Below, piece by piece: positions 1 through 10,003 of a stretch of DNA of 64,000 nt. Each line of letters starts with the position of its first letter. Within the stretch, counting starts at the first letter, position 1. The position numbers and the translations under genes were made by a program. Below the pieces are notes generated by a model. The model ran no database searches. It worked only from the letters and a program-made list of their open reading frames with translations, and was not told the DNA's origin. This DNA comes from an uncultured Gemmatimonadales bacterium (GTDB taxonomy: Bacteria > Gemmatimonadota > Gemmatimonadetes > Longimicrobiales > RSA9), in assembly GCA_963816355.1 (NCBI GenBank), contig CAWFKH010000001.1, forward strand, positions 544,001 through 608,000. The letters run 5' to 3'.

Positions 1-747
1 CCGCCGCAGGCCTTCGGCGAAGGGACCCGTGCCGTTGCGGACGAGGTCGCCCTCGGCGCGGGATTCCGCGATGTGGAGCGCGATCGGGAGCGCGTCGGCG
101 CGCGCGAACGCCGCGACGGCGCGATAGAGCGGGTCCGAGACGGTGTACGGCGCGTGGGGCGAGACGCCGACGCGGACGAGGTCGGTCTCGCGCTCGCGCA
201 TGGCGGCGACGCGCCGGGCGAGATCGGCGATCGCGTCGTCGGCGAGGGCGGGATCGGGGCCGAAGACCTCGCGGTAGACGACGCCGCGCAGGCCGGCTTC
301 AACGAGGGCGCCGAGCGCGGCGCCGGAGTCCTCGGTCGCGGCGAGGGTGGTGATGCCGGCGGCGATGGCTTCGGCGCAGGCCGCGCGGGCGGCGGCGTCG
401 TAGTCGAGGTCGGGCAGCGCGCGCTTGCGCCGCATGAGCGTGCGGATCCACGCCTGGAAGGGGAGGTCCTCGAGGTGGCCGCGGAGCATGGTGAGCTCCG
501 GGTGGGCGTGGGTGTTGACGAGGCCGGGCAGCAGCGCGGCGGCGCCGAGGTCCACGGCCCGTCCACCTGGCGGGGCGGGCACGTCGGAATCGCGGCCGAT
601 GGCGGCGATGCGGCCGCGGCGGTCGACGAGCAGGGCGCCGTCGCGGATCGGCGGCGCGTCGACCGGCACGAGCCAGTCGGCGCGGTAGCGGACGCTGGCG
701 GCGGGGCTTCCCCCGGGCGGCTCAGCGGCGCGCGGCGAAGATGTCAC
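1..747 (-). CDS. Amidohydrolase family protein (MtaD/SsnA-like metal-dependent deaminase), 3' end runs off the window
   Basis: Absent from the ORF track because there is no stop in the window. Manual translation gives YRADWLVPVDAPPIRDGALLV...LLPGLVNTHAHPEL (HxH metal motif)...AGITT...GVSPHAPYTVS...LHIAES. Putative GTG start at 747 overlaps the upstream gene's stop. Confidence 0.85.
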   Translation of the reverse strand, partial: MTSSPRAAEPPGGSPAASVRYRADWLVPVDAPPIRDGALLVDRRGRIAAIGRDSDVPAPPGGRAVDLGAAALLPGLVNTHAHPELTMLRGHLEDLPFQAWIRTLMRRKRALPDLDYDAAARAACAEAIAAGITTLAATEDSGAALGALVEAGLRGVVYREVFGPDPALADDAIADLARRVAAMRERETDLVRVGVSPHAPYTVSDPLYRAVAAFARADALPIALHIAESRAEGDLVRNGTGPFAEGLRR

Positions 748-2521
748 TGAAGAGCCCATTGGGTCTCGAGCGCAGGATCTGGCGGTCGCCGAACGGCGCG
801 GAGAGGCCGATCACCTCGCCGACGGAGACGAGGAGGCGCGGCGTGCGCCACTCGGTGCGGTCGATCGGGAAGGCGAGGTCGACGCGGTAGGTGGTGCGGC
901 CGCCGGCGGGGAACGTGCCGCGCAGGCCGAAGCCGGCGCTCGCGCGCGTGCCGGAGTCGACGCCGAACGGGGCGTCGCCTGCCCAGATGCGGCCGGCGTC
1001 GACGAACACGGTGGCGCCGACGTCGAGGAAGTCGGGGGACGGCCAGCCGAAGTAGATGCGGTCCTCGACGGTTGCGCCGATGCGGCGTCCACCCGGGAAG
1101 CGGAACGGGTCGTAGCCGCGCAGCGACTGCAGCCCGCCGAGCGTGAGCTGGAAGGGCGCGCGCGTGTTCCAGCCACCGGTCCCCGCGGCGCGGAAGAAGA
1201 GCGTCTGGTGGGTGGAGCCGCCGGGTTTCCAGTAGCTGAGCAGCTCCGCCTCGGCGAACAGGTCGTCCCACTCGGGGGCGCCGCCGCTCGCGGCGAGGTT
1301 GCGGCGGGCGTCGGCGCGGAGCCGCAGAATGGAGAGGACCGGCCCGGTCTCGAGGCCGGTGTAGAGGGCGAGGCTCGTCGTGAGGTCGTCCTCGCGGCGC
1401 ATGCCGAGCGAGCGGCCGAGGCCGAGCTGCGCCTGCGCGCCGAGCCGCACGTCCTCGACGCCGCGAGGCGAGTCGAGGCCGCGCCGCTTGACCCACCAGA
1501 TGTTGCGCTGGCCGAGGAGGATCAGCGCGTGGACGTCCTGGATCGGCGTGGCCGCGTTCCAGGCGGGGGCGGCGGCGGCGCTGTCGACCGGAGCCACGAC
1601 GCCGTCCTCCCCCTCGTTCTCGATGCGCATGGCACCGAAACCGCCCGGGTAGCCGACGTCGAGAAACGAGAAGCCGGCGCCGATGAGGGTGAGGTTGCCG
1701 GGCGAGCCGATGCGGACCATGGCGGCGAGGTCGAAGCTCTCACGGCGGACCGGGAGGAGGACGTGGGAGTGGATGTCGCCGGCGCTCTCGCGGACGTAGT
1801 CGAAGTAGTCGTCGCGGCGCTCGAGGCGTTGCTCGCCGGACCAGCGGCCCACGTCGCCGACGAACGGGTAGACGAGGTCGGCGCGCAGGGCGCCGCCGGC
1901 GCGGGTGCGGCCGAGGCCGAGCGTGAGGTCCCAGCGGGTGCGGCCGAGCTGCGGCGTGAAGAACTCGGCGCCGTATTCGCGCGCGATGCGCCCTTCGGAG
2001 TAGTAGAGGCGGGCGGTCTGGCCCTGGCCGAACAGGTCGCTCTCACGGATGTCGGCGCCGCGCAGGTCGAAGCCGCTGGCGAAGGTCATCCGCGCGCCGA
2101 CCTGGGTGCTCCACTCGTCCTGCGTGTCGACGACCACGTGGTAGCCGCCGTCCGGCTGCCGCAGGCCGTAGATGTCGACGCGGGAGAGGAAGGGCATGGC
2201 GCGCAGCAGGCGCTCCGATTCGTTGGCGAGGTCCGGATCGTAGCAGTCGCCGATGTCGAAGAGCAGTTCGCGCCGGACGACGCCCTCGTCGGTGCGGAAA
2301 TGAAGCCGGTTCGCGAGGCGGTACGCCCACTGGAAGCGGGCGTCGAGATCCGGATCGCTCGTGTCGAAGATGGAGTGGTTGTCGACGAAGATGCTGGTGA
2401 TGGGACCGGTGGGGCACTCCGCGTCGGCGGGGCGCCCGTAGCTGCGCTGCGCCTGTGCCGCGCGGGCCGTGACCAGGCAGCCGAGGAGCAGGGGAACGGA
2501 CAGGATCAGGAGCCGCTTCAC
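722..2521 (-). CDS. Omp85/BamA-TamA-like outer membrane protein (POTRA + beta-barrel)
   Basis: C-terminal third of the 722..6340 ORF. GTG start VKRLLILSVPLLLG signal peptide; POTRA-like VVRRELLFDIGD..ESERLLR; barrel motif LGGLQSLRGY; FVDAGRIW; ASAGFGLR. Confidence 0.8.
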   Translation of the reverse strand: MKRLLILSVPLLLGCLVTARAAQAQRSYGRPADAECPTGPITSIFVDNHSIFDTSDPDLDARFQWAYRLANRLHFRTDEGVVRRELLFDIGDCYDPDLANESERLLRAMPFLSRVDIYGLRQPDGGYHVVVDTQDEWSTQVGARMTFASGFDLRGADIRESDLFGQGQTARLYYSEGRIAREYGAEFFTPQLGRTRWDLTLGLGRTRAGGALRADLVYPFVGDVGRWSGEQRLERRDDYFDYVRESAGDIHSHVLLPVRRESFDLAAMVRIGSPGNLTLIGAGFSFLDVGYPGGFGAMRIENEGEDGVVAPVDSAAAAPAWNAATPIQDVHALILLGQRNIWWVKRRGLDSPRGVEDVRLGAQAQLGLGRSLGMRREDDLTTSLALYTGLETGPVLSILRLRADARRNLAASGGAPEWDDLFAEAELLSYWKPGGSTHQTLFFRAAGTGGWNTRAPFQLTLGGLQSLRGYDPFRFPGGRRIGATVEDRIYFGWPSPDFLDVGATVFVDAGRIWAGDAPFGVDSGTRASAGFGLRGTFPAGGRTTYRVDLAFPIDRTEWRTPRLLVSVGEVIGLSAPFGDRQILRSRPNGLFSDIFAARR

Positions 2522-2570
2522 GTTGCGCTTTCCGGGACCGCGGCGCCGCCTTCCGCGCGCCGTCGTCCGC

Positions 2571-2600
2571 TTGACACGTTCTCCGGGCGGAGGATAACCT
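2571..2600 (+). promoter_or_regulatory. Sigma-70 promoter for maeB-pckA
   Basis: TTGACA (2571-2576), 18-nt spacer, TAACCT (2595-2600), about 48 nt upstream of the maeB ATG. Confidence 0.7.
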
Positions 2601-2647
2601 AGCCCCTTTCGCCACCGTAATGTAGCGCGCGCGAGAGGGTTGGCCGC

Positions 2648-4921
2648 ATGACCAAGCGGCAGGAAGCACTCAACTACCATGCCGAGGGACGGCCGGGCAA
2701 GATCGCGGTGACGCCGACGAAGCCGGTCGGCACGCAGCGCGACCTGTCGCTCGCCTACACCCCGGGCGTCGCCGAGCCCTGCCGGGAGATCGCCGAGCGG
2801 CCGGAGGACGTCTTCCGCTACACCGCGCGCGGCAACCTGGTGGCGGTGGTCACGAACGGAACGGCGGTGCTGGGGCTCGGCAAGATCGGCCCGCTCGCGG
2901 CCAAGCCGGTGATGGAGGGGAAGGGCGTTCTCTTCAAGCGCTTCGCCGACATCGACGTGTTCGACATCGAGGTCGACTCGACGGATGCGGAGGAGATCAT
3001 CCGCTTCTGCGAGATGCTCGAGCCGACGGTCGGCGGCATCAACCTCGAGGACATCGCGGCGCCCGCCTGCTTCCACATCGAGGAGCGGCTGCGCGAGAGC
3101 CTCGACGTCCCCGTCTTCCACGACGACCAGCACGGCACGGCGATCATCAGCGGCGCGGCGCTCGTCAACGCGCTCGAGATCGCCGGGAAGGAGGCGGCGG
3201 AGGTGCGCGTCGTGTTCGGCGGCGCGGGCGCGGCGGCGATCGCCACGGCGGAGCACTACGTCCGGCTCGGCGTGCGCCGCGAGAACATCCTCATGGTGGA
3301 CAGCAAGGGACTGATCACGCGGGACCGCGCGGGTGGGATGGATCCGTACAAGGCGCGGTTCGCGCAGCCGGGCGCGGTGCGCTCGCTGGCGGACGCGATG
3401 ACGGATGCCGACGTCTTCGTCGGCCTCTCCGTCGCCGGTACGGTGACCGGGGCGATGGTCGCCCGTATGGCGCCGCGTCCGATCGTCTTCGCGCTCGCCA
3501 ATCCCGATCCGGAGATCCCGCCGGAGGAGATCCTGGCCGTGCGCGACGACGCGATCATCGCGACGGGCCGCACCGACTACCCGAACCAGGTCAACAACGT
3601 CCTTGGCTTCCCGTTCATCTTCCGCGGCGCGCTGGACGTGCGGGCGCGGGCGATCAACGAGGAGATGAAGATGGCGGCGACGCGGGCGCTGGCCGAGCTC
3701 GCGAAGCAGGACGTGCCGGACTCGGTGGCGGCGGCCTACGGCGAGGCGAGCTTCCAGTTCGGCCCGGAGTACCTGATCCCGAAGCCGTTCGACTCGCGCG
3801 TGCTGCTGTGGGTGGCGCCGGCCGTGGCGAAGGCGGCGATGGAGAGCGGCGTGGCGCGCGTGGAGATCGACCTGGACGAATACCGCAACCAGCTCGAGGC
3901 TCGGCTCGGCCGGCGCCGCGAGGTGATGCGCGACGTGGCGCTGAAGGCGATCCGCGATCCGCGCCGCATCGTCTACGCCGAGGGCGAGCACGAGCGCGTG
4001 ATCCGCGCGGCGGCGCTGGTGGCGGAGGAGGGGATCGCGCAGCCGCTGCTGGTGGGACGTCCGGATCGGATCAAGGGGACCGCGTCGCGACTGGGAATCG
4101 ACCTGGCGGGCGTGGCGTTGGTCGATCCCGCCGCGGACGAGCCGAGGCGCCAGCGCTACGCGCGCGAATACTTCCAGCGCCGCCAGCGCAAGGGCGTGAC
4201 GCTGGCGGAGGCGATGGAGCGGCTGCGACAGCCGATCTACTATGCGTGCATGATGGTGATGGAGGGCGACGCGGAAGGGCTGATCGCCGGCGAGGACTCG
4301 CACTATCCGGAGGCGCTGCGGCCGGCGCTCGAGGTGATCGGGACGGAGCCCGGGACGCGGCACGTCGCCGGCCTCTACATGATGATCCTCGCCCACGACC
4401 TCATGTTCTTCGCCGACACCACGGTCAACATCGATCCGGACGACGAGGTGCTCGCCGAGATCGCGCTCCTCTCGGCGAACTTCGTCCAGGGCCTGGGGCT
4501 CGATCCCCGCCTCGCGCTCCTCTCCTTCTCGAACTTCGGCTCCGCGCGCGAGCCGCAGGCGGAGCGCGTGAGACTCGCGGTCGAGCGCGTGAAGCGGCTC
4601 GCGCCGGACCTCGTCGTGGACGGCGAGATGCAGGCGGACACGGCGGTCGTCCCCTCGATCCTGCACGACCGCTATCCGTTCAGCGGGCTGCAGGACGCGG
4701 CCAACGTGTTGATCTTCCCGAACCTGGACGCGGCCAACGCCGCCTACAAGCTGATGGCGCGACTGGGCGGCGCGGAGGCGGTCGGCCCGATCCTGCTGGG
4801 GATGGCGCGGCCCGTGCACGTGCTGCAGCGCGGCGGTGAGACGGCCGACATCGTCAACCTCACGGCGATCGCCGTGGTGGACGCCCAGCGGCGGACGCCG
4901 CGAACCGTATCCCCGACCTGA
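2648..4921 (+). CDS. maeB: NADP-dependent malic enzyme with C-terminal phosphotransacetylase-like domain
   Basis: [64 protein letters not shown] domain with DGEMQAD and VGPIL; 757 aa. Confidence 0.97.
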   Translation: MTKRQEALNYHAEGRPGKIAVTPTKPVGTQRDLSLAYTPGVAEPCREIAERPEDVFRYTARGNLVAVVTNGTAVLGLGKIGPLAAKPVMEGKGVLFKRFADIDVFDIEVDSTDAEEIIRFCEMLEPTVGGINLEDIAAPACFHIEERLRESLDVPVFHDDQHGTAIISGAALVNALEIAGKEAAEVRVVFGGAGAAAIATAEHYVRLGVRRENILMVDSKGLITRDRAGGMDPYKARFAQPGAVRSLADAMTDADVFVGLSVAGTVTGAMVARMAPRPIVFALANPDPEIPPEEILAVRDDAIIATGRTDYPNQVNNVLGFPFIFRGALDVRARAINEEMKMAATRALAELAKQDVPDSVAAAYGEASFQFGPEYLIPKPFDSRVLLWVAPAVAKAAMESGVARVEIDLDEYRNQLEARLGRRREVMRDVALKAIRDPRRIVYAEGEHERVIRAAALVAEEGIAQPLLVGRPDRIKGTASRLGIDLAGVALVDPAADEPRRQRYAREYFQRRQRKGVTLAEAMERLRQPIYYACMMVMEGDAEGLIAGEDSHYPEALRPALEVIGTEPGTRHVAGLYMMILAHDLMFFADTTVNIDPDDEVLAEIALLSANFVQGLGLDPRLALLSFSNFGSAREPQAERVRLAVERVKRLAPDLVVDGEMQADTAVVPSILHDRYPFSGLQDAANVLIFPNLDAANAAYKLMARLGGAEAVGPILLGMARPVHVLQRGGETADIVNLTAIAVVDAQRRTPRTVSPT

Positions 4922-4927
4922 AGGTCC

Positions 4928-6517
4928 ATGGCAACGCAAGCGACCGTCGACCTGTCGACATCCGGGCTGCAAGCGACCGGCCCGACCCACTGGAACCTCA
5001 CGCCGGCGGAGCTGGTCGAGCACGCGATCCGCCGCGGCGAGGGGCGGCTGTCGGCCGATGGTGCCTTCGCGGCGATCACCACGCCGCACACCGGCCGCTC
5101 GCCCGGCGACAAGTTCACGGTGCGCGAGCCGTCGTGCGAGGACGAAATCTGGTGGGGCACGGTCAACCAGCCGCTGGAGCCGGAGCAGTTCGACCGGCTT
5201 CACGCGGACGTGCTCAATCACCTGGGTGGCGAGGAGTTGTTCGTCCGCGACGTGTGGGCGGGCGCCGACGCGGCCTACCGCCTGCCGGTGCGCGTCATCA
5301 GCGCCGGGGCGTGGTACTCGCTCTTCGTCCACAACATGTTCCGCGAGCCGACGCCCGAGGAGCGGGCCGCGTTCGAGCCGGGCTTCACGGTGCTGCACGC
5401 GCCGGCGATGCAGGCCGATCCGGAGCGGCACGGCACGAAGTCCGGCGCCTTCGTCGTGCTCAACTTCGCGGAGCGCGTCGTCCTGATCGGCGGCACGCTC
5501 TACGCCGGCGAGATCAAGAAGTCGGTCTTCTCGGTGCTGAACTACCTGCTGCCGCACAGCGGCGTGCTGCCGATGCACTGCTCGGCGAACAGCGGCGCCG
5601 CGGGCGATGTCGCTCTCTTCTTCGGCCTGTCGGGAACCGGAAAGACGACGCTCTCGACGGACCCGGAGCGGTGCCTCATCGGCGACGACGAGCACGGTTG
5701 GTCGGAGCGCGGCATCTTCAACTTCGAGGGCGGCAACTACGCCAAGGTGATCCGCCTCTCGCCGGAGGGTGAGCCGCTGATCTACGCGGCGAGCCGCCGC
5801 TTCGGCGCCATCCTCGAGAACGTCGTGCTGGAGGAGGCGACGCGCGACGTGGCGTGGGACGACGAGTCGATCACCGAGAACACGCGCTCCTCCTACCCGC
5901 TCGCCTTCATCGACGGCGCCGTGCGAATGGGGACGGGCGGCCATCCGCGTCACGTCGTCTTCCTGACGGCGGACGCGAGCGGTGTGCTGCCGCCGATCTC
6001 GCGACTGACGCGCGAGCAGGCGATGTACCAGTTCCTCTCCGGCTACACCGCCAAGGTCGCCGGCACCGAGCGCGGCGTGACGGAGCCGCGCGCGACCTTC
6101 AGCGCGTGCTTCGGCGCGCCTTTCCTGCCGCTGCCGCCGTCGGTCTACGCGAAGCTGCTGGGCGAGAAGATCGAGCGCCACGACGCGCGAACCTGGCTGA
6201 TCAACACCGGCTGGACCGGAGGGCCGTACGGCGTCGGCCACCGCATGAAGCTGCGCCACACGCGCGCGATGGTGACGGCGATCCTCGAGGACCGTCTGAA
6301 CGACGTCGCCACGCAGCCCGATCCGATCTTCGGCCTGCACATCCCCGTCCGCGTGCCGAACGTGCCGGACGAGGTCCTGAACCCGCGCTCGACGTGGGCC
6401 GACGCGAACGCGTACGACGAGCAGGCGCGCCGGCTCGCGTCCATGTTCCGCGACAACTTCGAGAAGTACGCGGGCGACGTCTCCGCGGCCGTGCGGGACG
6501 CCGGCCCCGCGGTGTGA
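4928..6517 (+). CDS. pckA: Phosphoenolpyruvate carboxykinase (ATP)
   Basis: [57 protein letters not shown]. Confidence 0.97.
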   Translation: MATQATVDLSTSGLQATGPTHWNLTPAELVEHAIRRGEGRLSADGAFAAITTPHTGRSPGDKFTVREPSCEDEIWWGTVNQPLEPEQFDRLHADVLNHLGGEELFVRDVWAGADAAYRLPVRVISAGAWYSLFVHNMFREPTPEERAAFEPGFTVLHAPAMQADPERHGTKSGAFVVLNFAERVVLIGGTLYAGEIKKSVFSVLNYLLPHSGVLPMHCSANSGAAGDVALFFGLSGTGKTTLSTDPERCLIGDDEHGWSERGIFNFEGGNYAKVIRLSPEGEPLIYAASRRFGAILENVVLEEATRDVAWDDESITENTRSSYPLAFIDGAVRMGTGGHPRHVVFLTADASGVLPPISRLTREQAMYQFLSGYTAKVAGTERGVTEPRATFSACFGAPFLPLPPSVYAKLLGEKIERHDARTWLINTGWTGGPYGVGHRMKLRHTRAMVTAILEDRLNDVATQPDPIFGLHIPVRVPNVPDEVLNPRSTWADANAYDEQARRLASMFRDNFEKYAGDVSAAVRDAGPAV

Positions 6518-6584
6518 GCGCGCGCGGGCCCGCCCGCGCCCGGGGACGGTTGCGAGCGGCGACGGCGCGAGAGGAAGGAGGCCC

Positions 6585-7859
6585 GTGGTGTCGCGGCACG
6601 CGGTGATCCGGGATCCGATCTACGGTCCCATCCCCCTCGATCCGCTGGCTCGCGAGCTGATCGACACCCCCGCCTTCCAGCGGCTCCGGCGCGTGCAGCA
6701 GCTCAGCCTGGCGTCGCTCGTCTATCCCTCCGCGATGCACACGCGTTTCGAGCACTCGGTCGGCGTGTACCACCTCGTGCGGCGGATCGTCGAGAACCTC
6801 GACCGGAAGGGGGACCTCGCCGCGGTCCCCGACGACGACGTGCGCGTCGTCCCCTACGCCGCCCTGCTCCACGACCTCTCCCAGCACCTCGCCGCCCACC
6901 TGCTCGACGAATTCGGCATCGAGGGGGTCGAGCACGAGGAGGTCGGCGCCCGCGCGCTCGCGGAGGGCGAGATCGGATCGATCCTGCGGGGAACCGCTCG
7001 ACCCGGAGCGGCGATTCACATCGGTGAAATCATCAACCAGCGCAGCGCGAATCCGCTGGCAGGGCTCGTCGCCGGAAACTGCGACGCCGACAAGATGGAT
7101 TACATCGCGCGTGACGCGTACCACTGCGGGCTGCCGGTCGGATTCGACCAGCAGCACCTGCGAGACGCGATCACGCTCGTCGCGGATCCCGCGAGCGGGC
7201 GCGTGCAGGTCGGCCTCGAGAGCGCCGGCCTCACCAGCTTCGAGCAGATGCTGTATTCGAAGTCCGCGTTGTTCCGGAACGTGTACTTCCATCGCACGGT
7301 CCGCTCCGCGATGGGGATCCTGCGGACCCTCGTGCTGCTGGCGCTCGAGCGCGACCTGATCGACCTGGAGGAACTGCACCTTTGGTCCGACAGCGAGCTG
7401 TTCACGGTGCTCCGACTGAGGATCGACGCGGCGACCGGCATGCGCTCCGCCGACCGCTCGCGGCTGACCGAGCTGCTGCGCCGCCTGCTCGAGCGGCGTC
7501 TCTACCCCGTCGCGTGCCTGCTTCCACTGTCGGCGAGCGACAAGCCCGGCGCGCGCACGATCCTCGCGGTCGAGCGCGCCCTCGCCGCCGACCTGGGGCT
7601 GCGGCCGGGCGAGGTGGTGCTCGACTTCCCCGCCAAGCCGACGATGCTCGCCACCGACATCCTGGTGCGGGACGAAAGCGGCCGCGTCCGCAACGCGAAG
7701 GATCTCGGACCCGAAGACGGCTTCGCGCTCAACGCCGCACAGCACGCGCTCTACATCGCGTCCGGCAGCGTCTGCCTCTTCACGGCGGAGCCGCGCGACG
7801 TCCCGCCCGACCTCGTGCTGCGCAGGCTCGACGAGATGGAGACGCCCCACTCCGCCTGA
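6585..7859 (+). CDS. HD-domain phosphohydrolase, SAMHD1/dNTPase-like, with divergent active-site loop
   Basis: IRDPIYG, FQRLRRVQQL, VYPSAMHTRFEHS, AALLHD, HEEVG, DADKMDYIARD, VYFHRTVR. Confidence 0.88.
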   Translation: MVSRHAVIRDPIYGPIPLDPLARELIDTPAFQRLRRVQQLSLASLVYPSAMHTRFEHSVGVYHLVRRIVENLDRKGDLAAVPDDDVRVVPYAALLHDLSQHLAAHLLDEFGIEGVEHEEVGARALAEGEIGSILRGTARPGAAIHIGEIINQRSANPLAGLVAGNCDADKMDYIARDAYHCGLPVGFDQQHLRDAITLVADPASGRVQVGLESAGLTSFEQMLYSKSALFRNVYFHRTVRSAMGILRTLVLLALERDLIDLEELHLWSDSELFTVLRLRIDAATGMRSADRSRLTELLRRLLERRLYPVACLLPLSASDKPGARTILAVERALAADLGLRPGEVVLDFPAKPTMLATDILVRDESGRVRNAKDLGPEDGFALNAAQHALYIASGSVCLFTAEPRDVPPDLVLRRLDEMETPHSA

Positions 7860-7878
7860 TCCGCGCCGGCCGGTCGCG

Positions 7879-9219
7879 ATGAGACCGACCGTGGCGGTCC
7901 TCGCGCTCTCGGAGGCGTTCGAACGGGTGTGGCCCGAGCTGGCGGAGTCCGTCGGCGCGGGGGTCCGCACCGTCGCCAGCGTCGAGGAGCTCGGGCCGCC
8001 CGCGGATGCGTGCGGCGTGATCGTCGCCGCAGGCGGCGTCGAGGCGGCGGCGGAGGAGGCGGTGCGGGAGGCGCACGGAGCCGGCGTGCAGCACGTCGCC
8101 GTGGTCGGAGCCGGCGTGGACCACCGCCTCGCGATGCGGCTGGCGCAGGCCGGCGCGGCCGACTGCTTCAACCTGCCCGCGGAGATGGAGCTGCTGCGCT
8201 CGTGGGTCGCGGAGCGCGTGGACCGATCGGTCGCGGGAGAGCACGCAGCCGCGCTGACGGACCTGGAGCGCCGGCAGCACGACTTCTCCGCTCTCATCGG
8301 CGAGAGCGAGCCGCTGCGCGCGGCGCTCTGCATCGCATCGAAGGTGATCGGCCGCTCCACCGCGACCGTCCTGATCACGGGCGAGACCGGCACTGGCAAG
8401 GAGCTGCTGGCTCAGGCGATCCACTACAACGGCCCACGCGCCTCGCAGCCGTTCGTCGAGATCAACTGCACGGCGCTGCCCACCACCCTGCTCGAGGCCG
8501 AGCTCTTCGGCTACGAGAAAGGCGCCTTCACCGACGCCCGGGCCGCCAAACCCGGCCTCTTCGAAGCGGCCCACCGCGGCACCGTCTTCCTCGACGAGAT
8601 CGGCGACCTGTCGCCGGAGCTGCAGGCGAAGCTGTTGAAGGTCCTCGAGGACCACCAGGTGCGGCGCCTCGGCAGCGTCCGCTCCTTTCAGGTCGACGTC
8701 CGCATCATCACCGCGACGCACCAGGACCTCTCCCTCGCCGTCGCAGAGGGCCGCTTCCGCCGCGACCTCTTCTATCGCCTGAACGTCGTGCCGATCCGCC
8801 TGCCCGCGCTGCGCGACCGCGGCGACGACATCCTCCGCCTCGCCGACCACTTCCTCGACCGCTTCAGCGAGGAGTACGACCTCGCCCGGCCCGCGATCAA
8901 CGCCGCCTGCCGCCACGCGCTTCGCGCGCATAGCTGGCCCGGCAACGTGCGCGAGCTCCGCAACGCCATCGAACGCGCCGTGCTGCTGGGCGACGGCGCG
9001 CTGCGCGCCGAGGACCTCTTCCTGGACGCCGGGCCGCCTCGCCCCGACGACGACGCTGCCGGACCGATTCCCTTCCCTGCGACTCTCGAGCAGATCGAGC
9101 ACGCCGTCGCGCGCGCGATGCTCGAGCGCGCCGAGGGGAACAAGAGCGCCGCGGCGGTGGCGCTCGGCATCAGCCGGGCGCGGCTGTACCGGCTGCTGGA
9201 GCCGCCGGCGCCGGTGTAG
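7879..9219 (+). CDS. Sigma-54-dependent transcriptional activator (pseudo-receiver + AAA+ + Fis HTH)
   Basis: GETGTGKE, ELFGYEKGAFTDA, FLDEIG, FRRDLFYRL, WPGNVREL, C-terminal GNKSAAAVALGISRARLYR. Confidence 0.93.
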   Translation: MRPTVAVLALSEAFERVWPELAESVGAGVRTVASVEELGPPADACGVIVAAGGVEAAAEEAVREAHGAGVQHVAVVGAGVDHRLAMRLAQAGAADCFNLPAEMELLRSWVAERVDRSVAGEHAAALTDLERRQHDFSALIGESEPLRAALCIASKVIGRSTATVLITGETGTGKELLAQAIHYNGPRASQPFVEINCTALPTTLLEAELFGYEKGAFTDARAAKPGLFEAAHRGTVFLDEIGDLSPELQAKLLKVLEDHQVRRLGSVRSFQVDVRIITATHQDLSLAVAEGRFRRDLFYRLNVVPIRLPALRDRGDDILRLADHFLDRFSEEYDLARPAINAACRHALRAHSWPGNVRELRNAIERAVLLGDGALRAEDLFLDAGPPRPDDDAAGPIPFPATLEQIEHAVARAMLERAEGNKSAAAVALGISRARLYRLLEPPAPV

Positions 9220-9264
9220 CGAAACGATGCAGTTGTTCGATCCCGATACAATCCGTGTGCTGAC

Positions 9265-9307
9265 AAGCCGTTGTGGTTGAACAGCTTACGCGAGGCATGG
9301 GGGATGC
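9265..9307 (+). promoter_or_regulatory. Sigma-54 (-24/-12) promoter with upstream AAG-N17-CTT box
   Basis: AGGCATG-GGGG-ATGC with GG at 9294-5 and GC at 9306-7 (GG-N10-GC). Upstream AAGCCGTTGTGGTTGAACAGCTT at 9265-9287. Confidence 0.7.
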
Positions 9308-9376
9308 GCCCCGGATGCGCTGTCCGCAATGGCGGCTCCCGACCCAGAGAACCCCCGAGTCCCGGAGAAGGCTCAA

Positions 9377-9991
9377 ATGACACACAACGGCCGACGATCG
9401 ATGCTGTTTCTGGCGATCCTGGCGGCGGCGTGCGCGGAAGCGCCGACGTCGCCGGACGCGTCGCAGGGCGAGCGGGCGTCCGGCGTGCCGCCGGACGAGC
9501 TGGCGTTCGTGCGCTTCGCCCCCGACGTGAAGGTTCCGACGGAGGGGAGCTTCTGGGCGGTTCGAGGACAGGACCGCAGGCTGACGCTGGATTTCGTCGG
9601 TTCGGACGAGGCGTTCCTGCGCTTCCGGGTGGACAAGGAGACGCTGCTGTCGAGGCCGGACGGGACGCCGTTCGCGGATGGCGACTCGGTGCTGATCACG
9701 GTGCACGTGGATCCGGCGCGGTTCGTCTTCGACTTCCAGCCGTCGGGTCTGGTGTTCGATCGCAAGAGGCCGGCGGAGCTGAGGGTGTTTTTCGCGCACG
9801 CGGATCCGGACTACAACGACGACGGCGTGAGGGATGACGACGACGTGGCGCTGGAGAGCCACTTGCGCCTGTGGAAGCGCGAGCGACCGGACGACGGCTG
9901 GCTGCCGCTCCACACCGATCTCTCGGTCGAGATCAACGAAGTGAAGGCGGACGTCACCGGCTTCACCGGTTTTGCGCTCGCGGGCAACTGA
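9377..9991 (+). CDS. Uncharacterised lipoprotein, ZU5-like beta domain with DxNxDG Ca-binding loop
   Basis: RBS GGAGAAGG then ATG at 9377; lipobox LAAAC; FQPSGLVF..PAEL; DYNDDGVRDDDD; C-terminal VTGFTGFALA. Confidence 0.75.
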   Translation: MTHNGRRSMLFLAILAAACAEAPTSPDASQGERASGVPPDELAFVRFAPDVKVPTEGSFWAVRGQDRRLTLDFVGSDEAFLRFRVDKETLLSRPDGTPFADGDSVLITVHVDPARFVFDFQPSGLVFDRKRPAELRVFFAHADPDYNDDGVRDDDDVALESHLRLWKRERPDDGWLPLHTDLSVEINEVKADVTGFTGFALAGN

Positions 9992-10003
9992 CGCAGGCCG
10001 ACA

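Noticed and set aside
73..750. Plus-strand ORF 73..750
   Set aside because: Antisense shadow of the minus-strand amidohydrolase, which has clear motifs.
2522..6340. 1872-aa minus-strand ORF 722..6340 as a single giant protein
   Set aside because: The part above 2521 is the antisense shadow of maeB/pckA. Only the C-terminal ~600 aa has Omp85 features.
8521..8538. GAFTDA instead of GAFTGA as evidence that the activator is inactive
   Set aside because: GAFTDA is a common natural variant that keeps the key F and T residues, so it is not evidence of inactivity.
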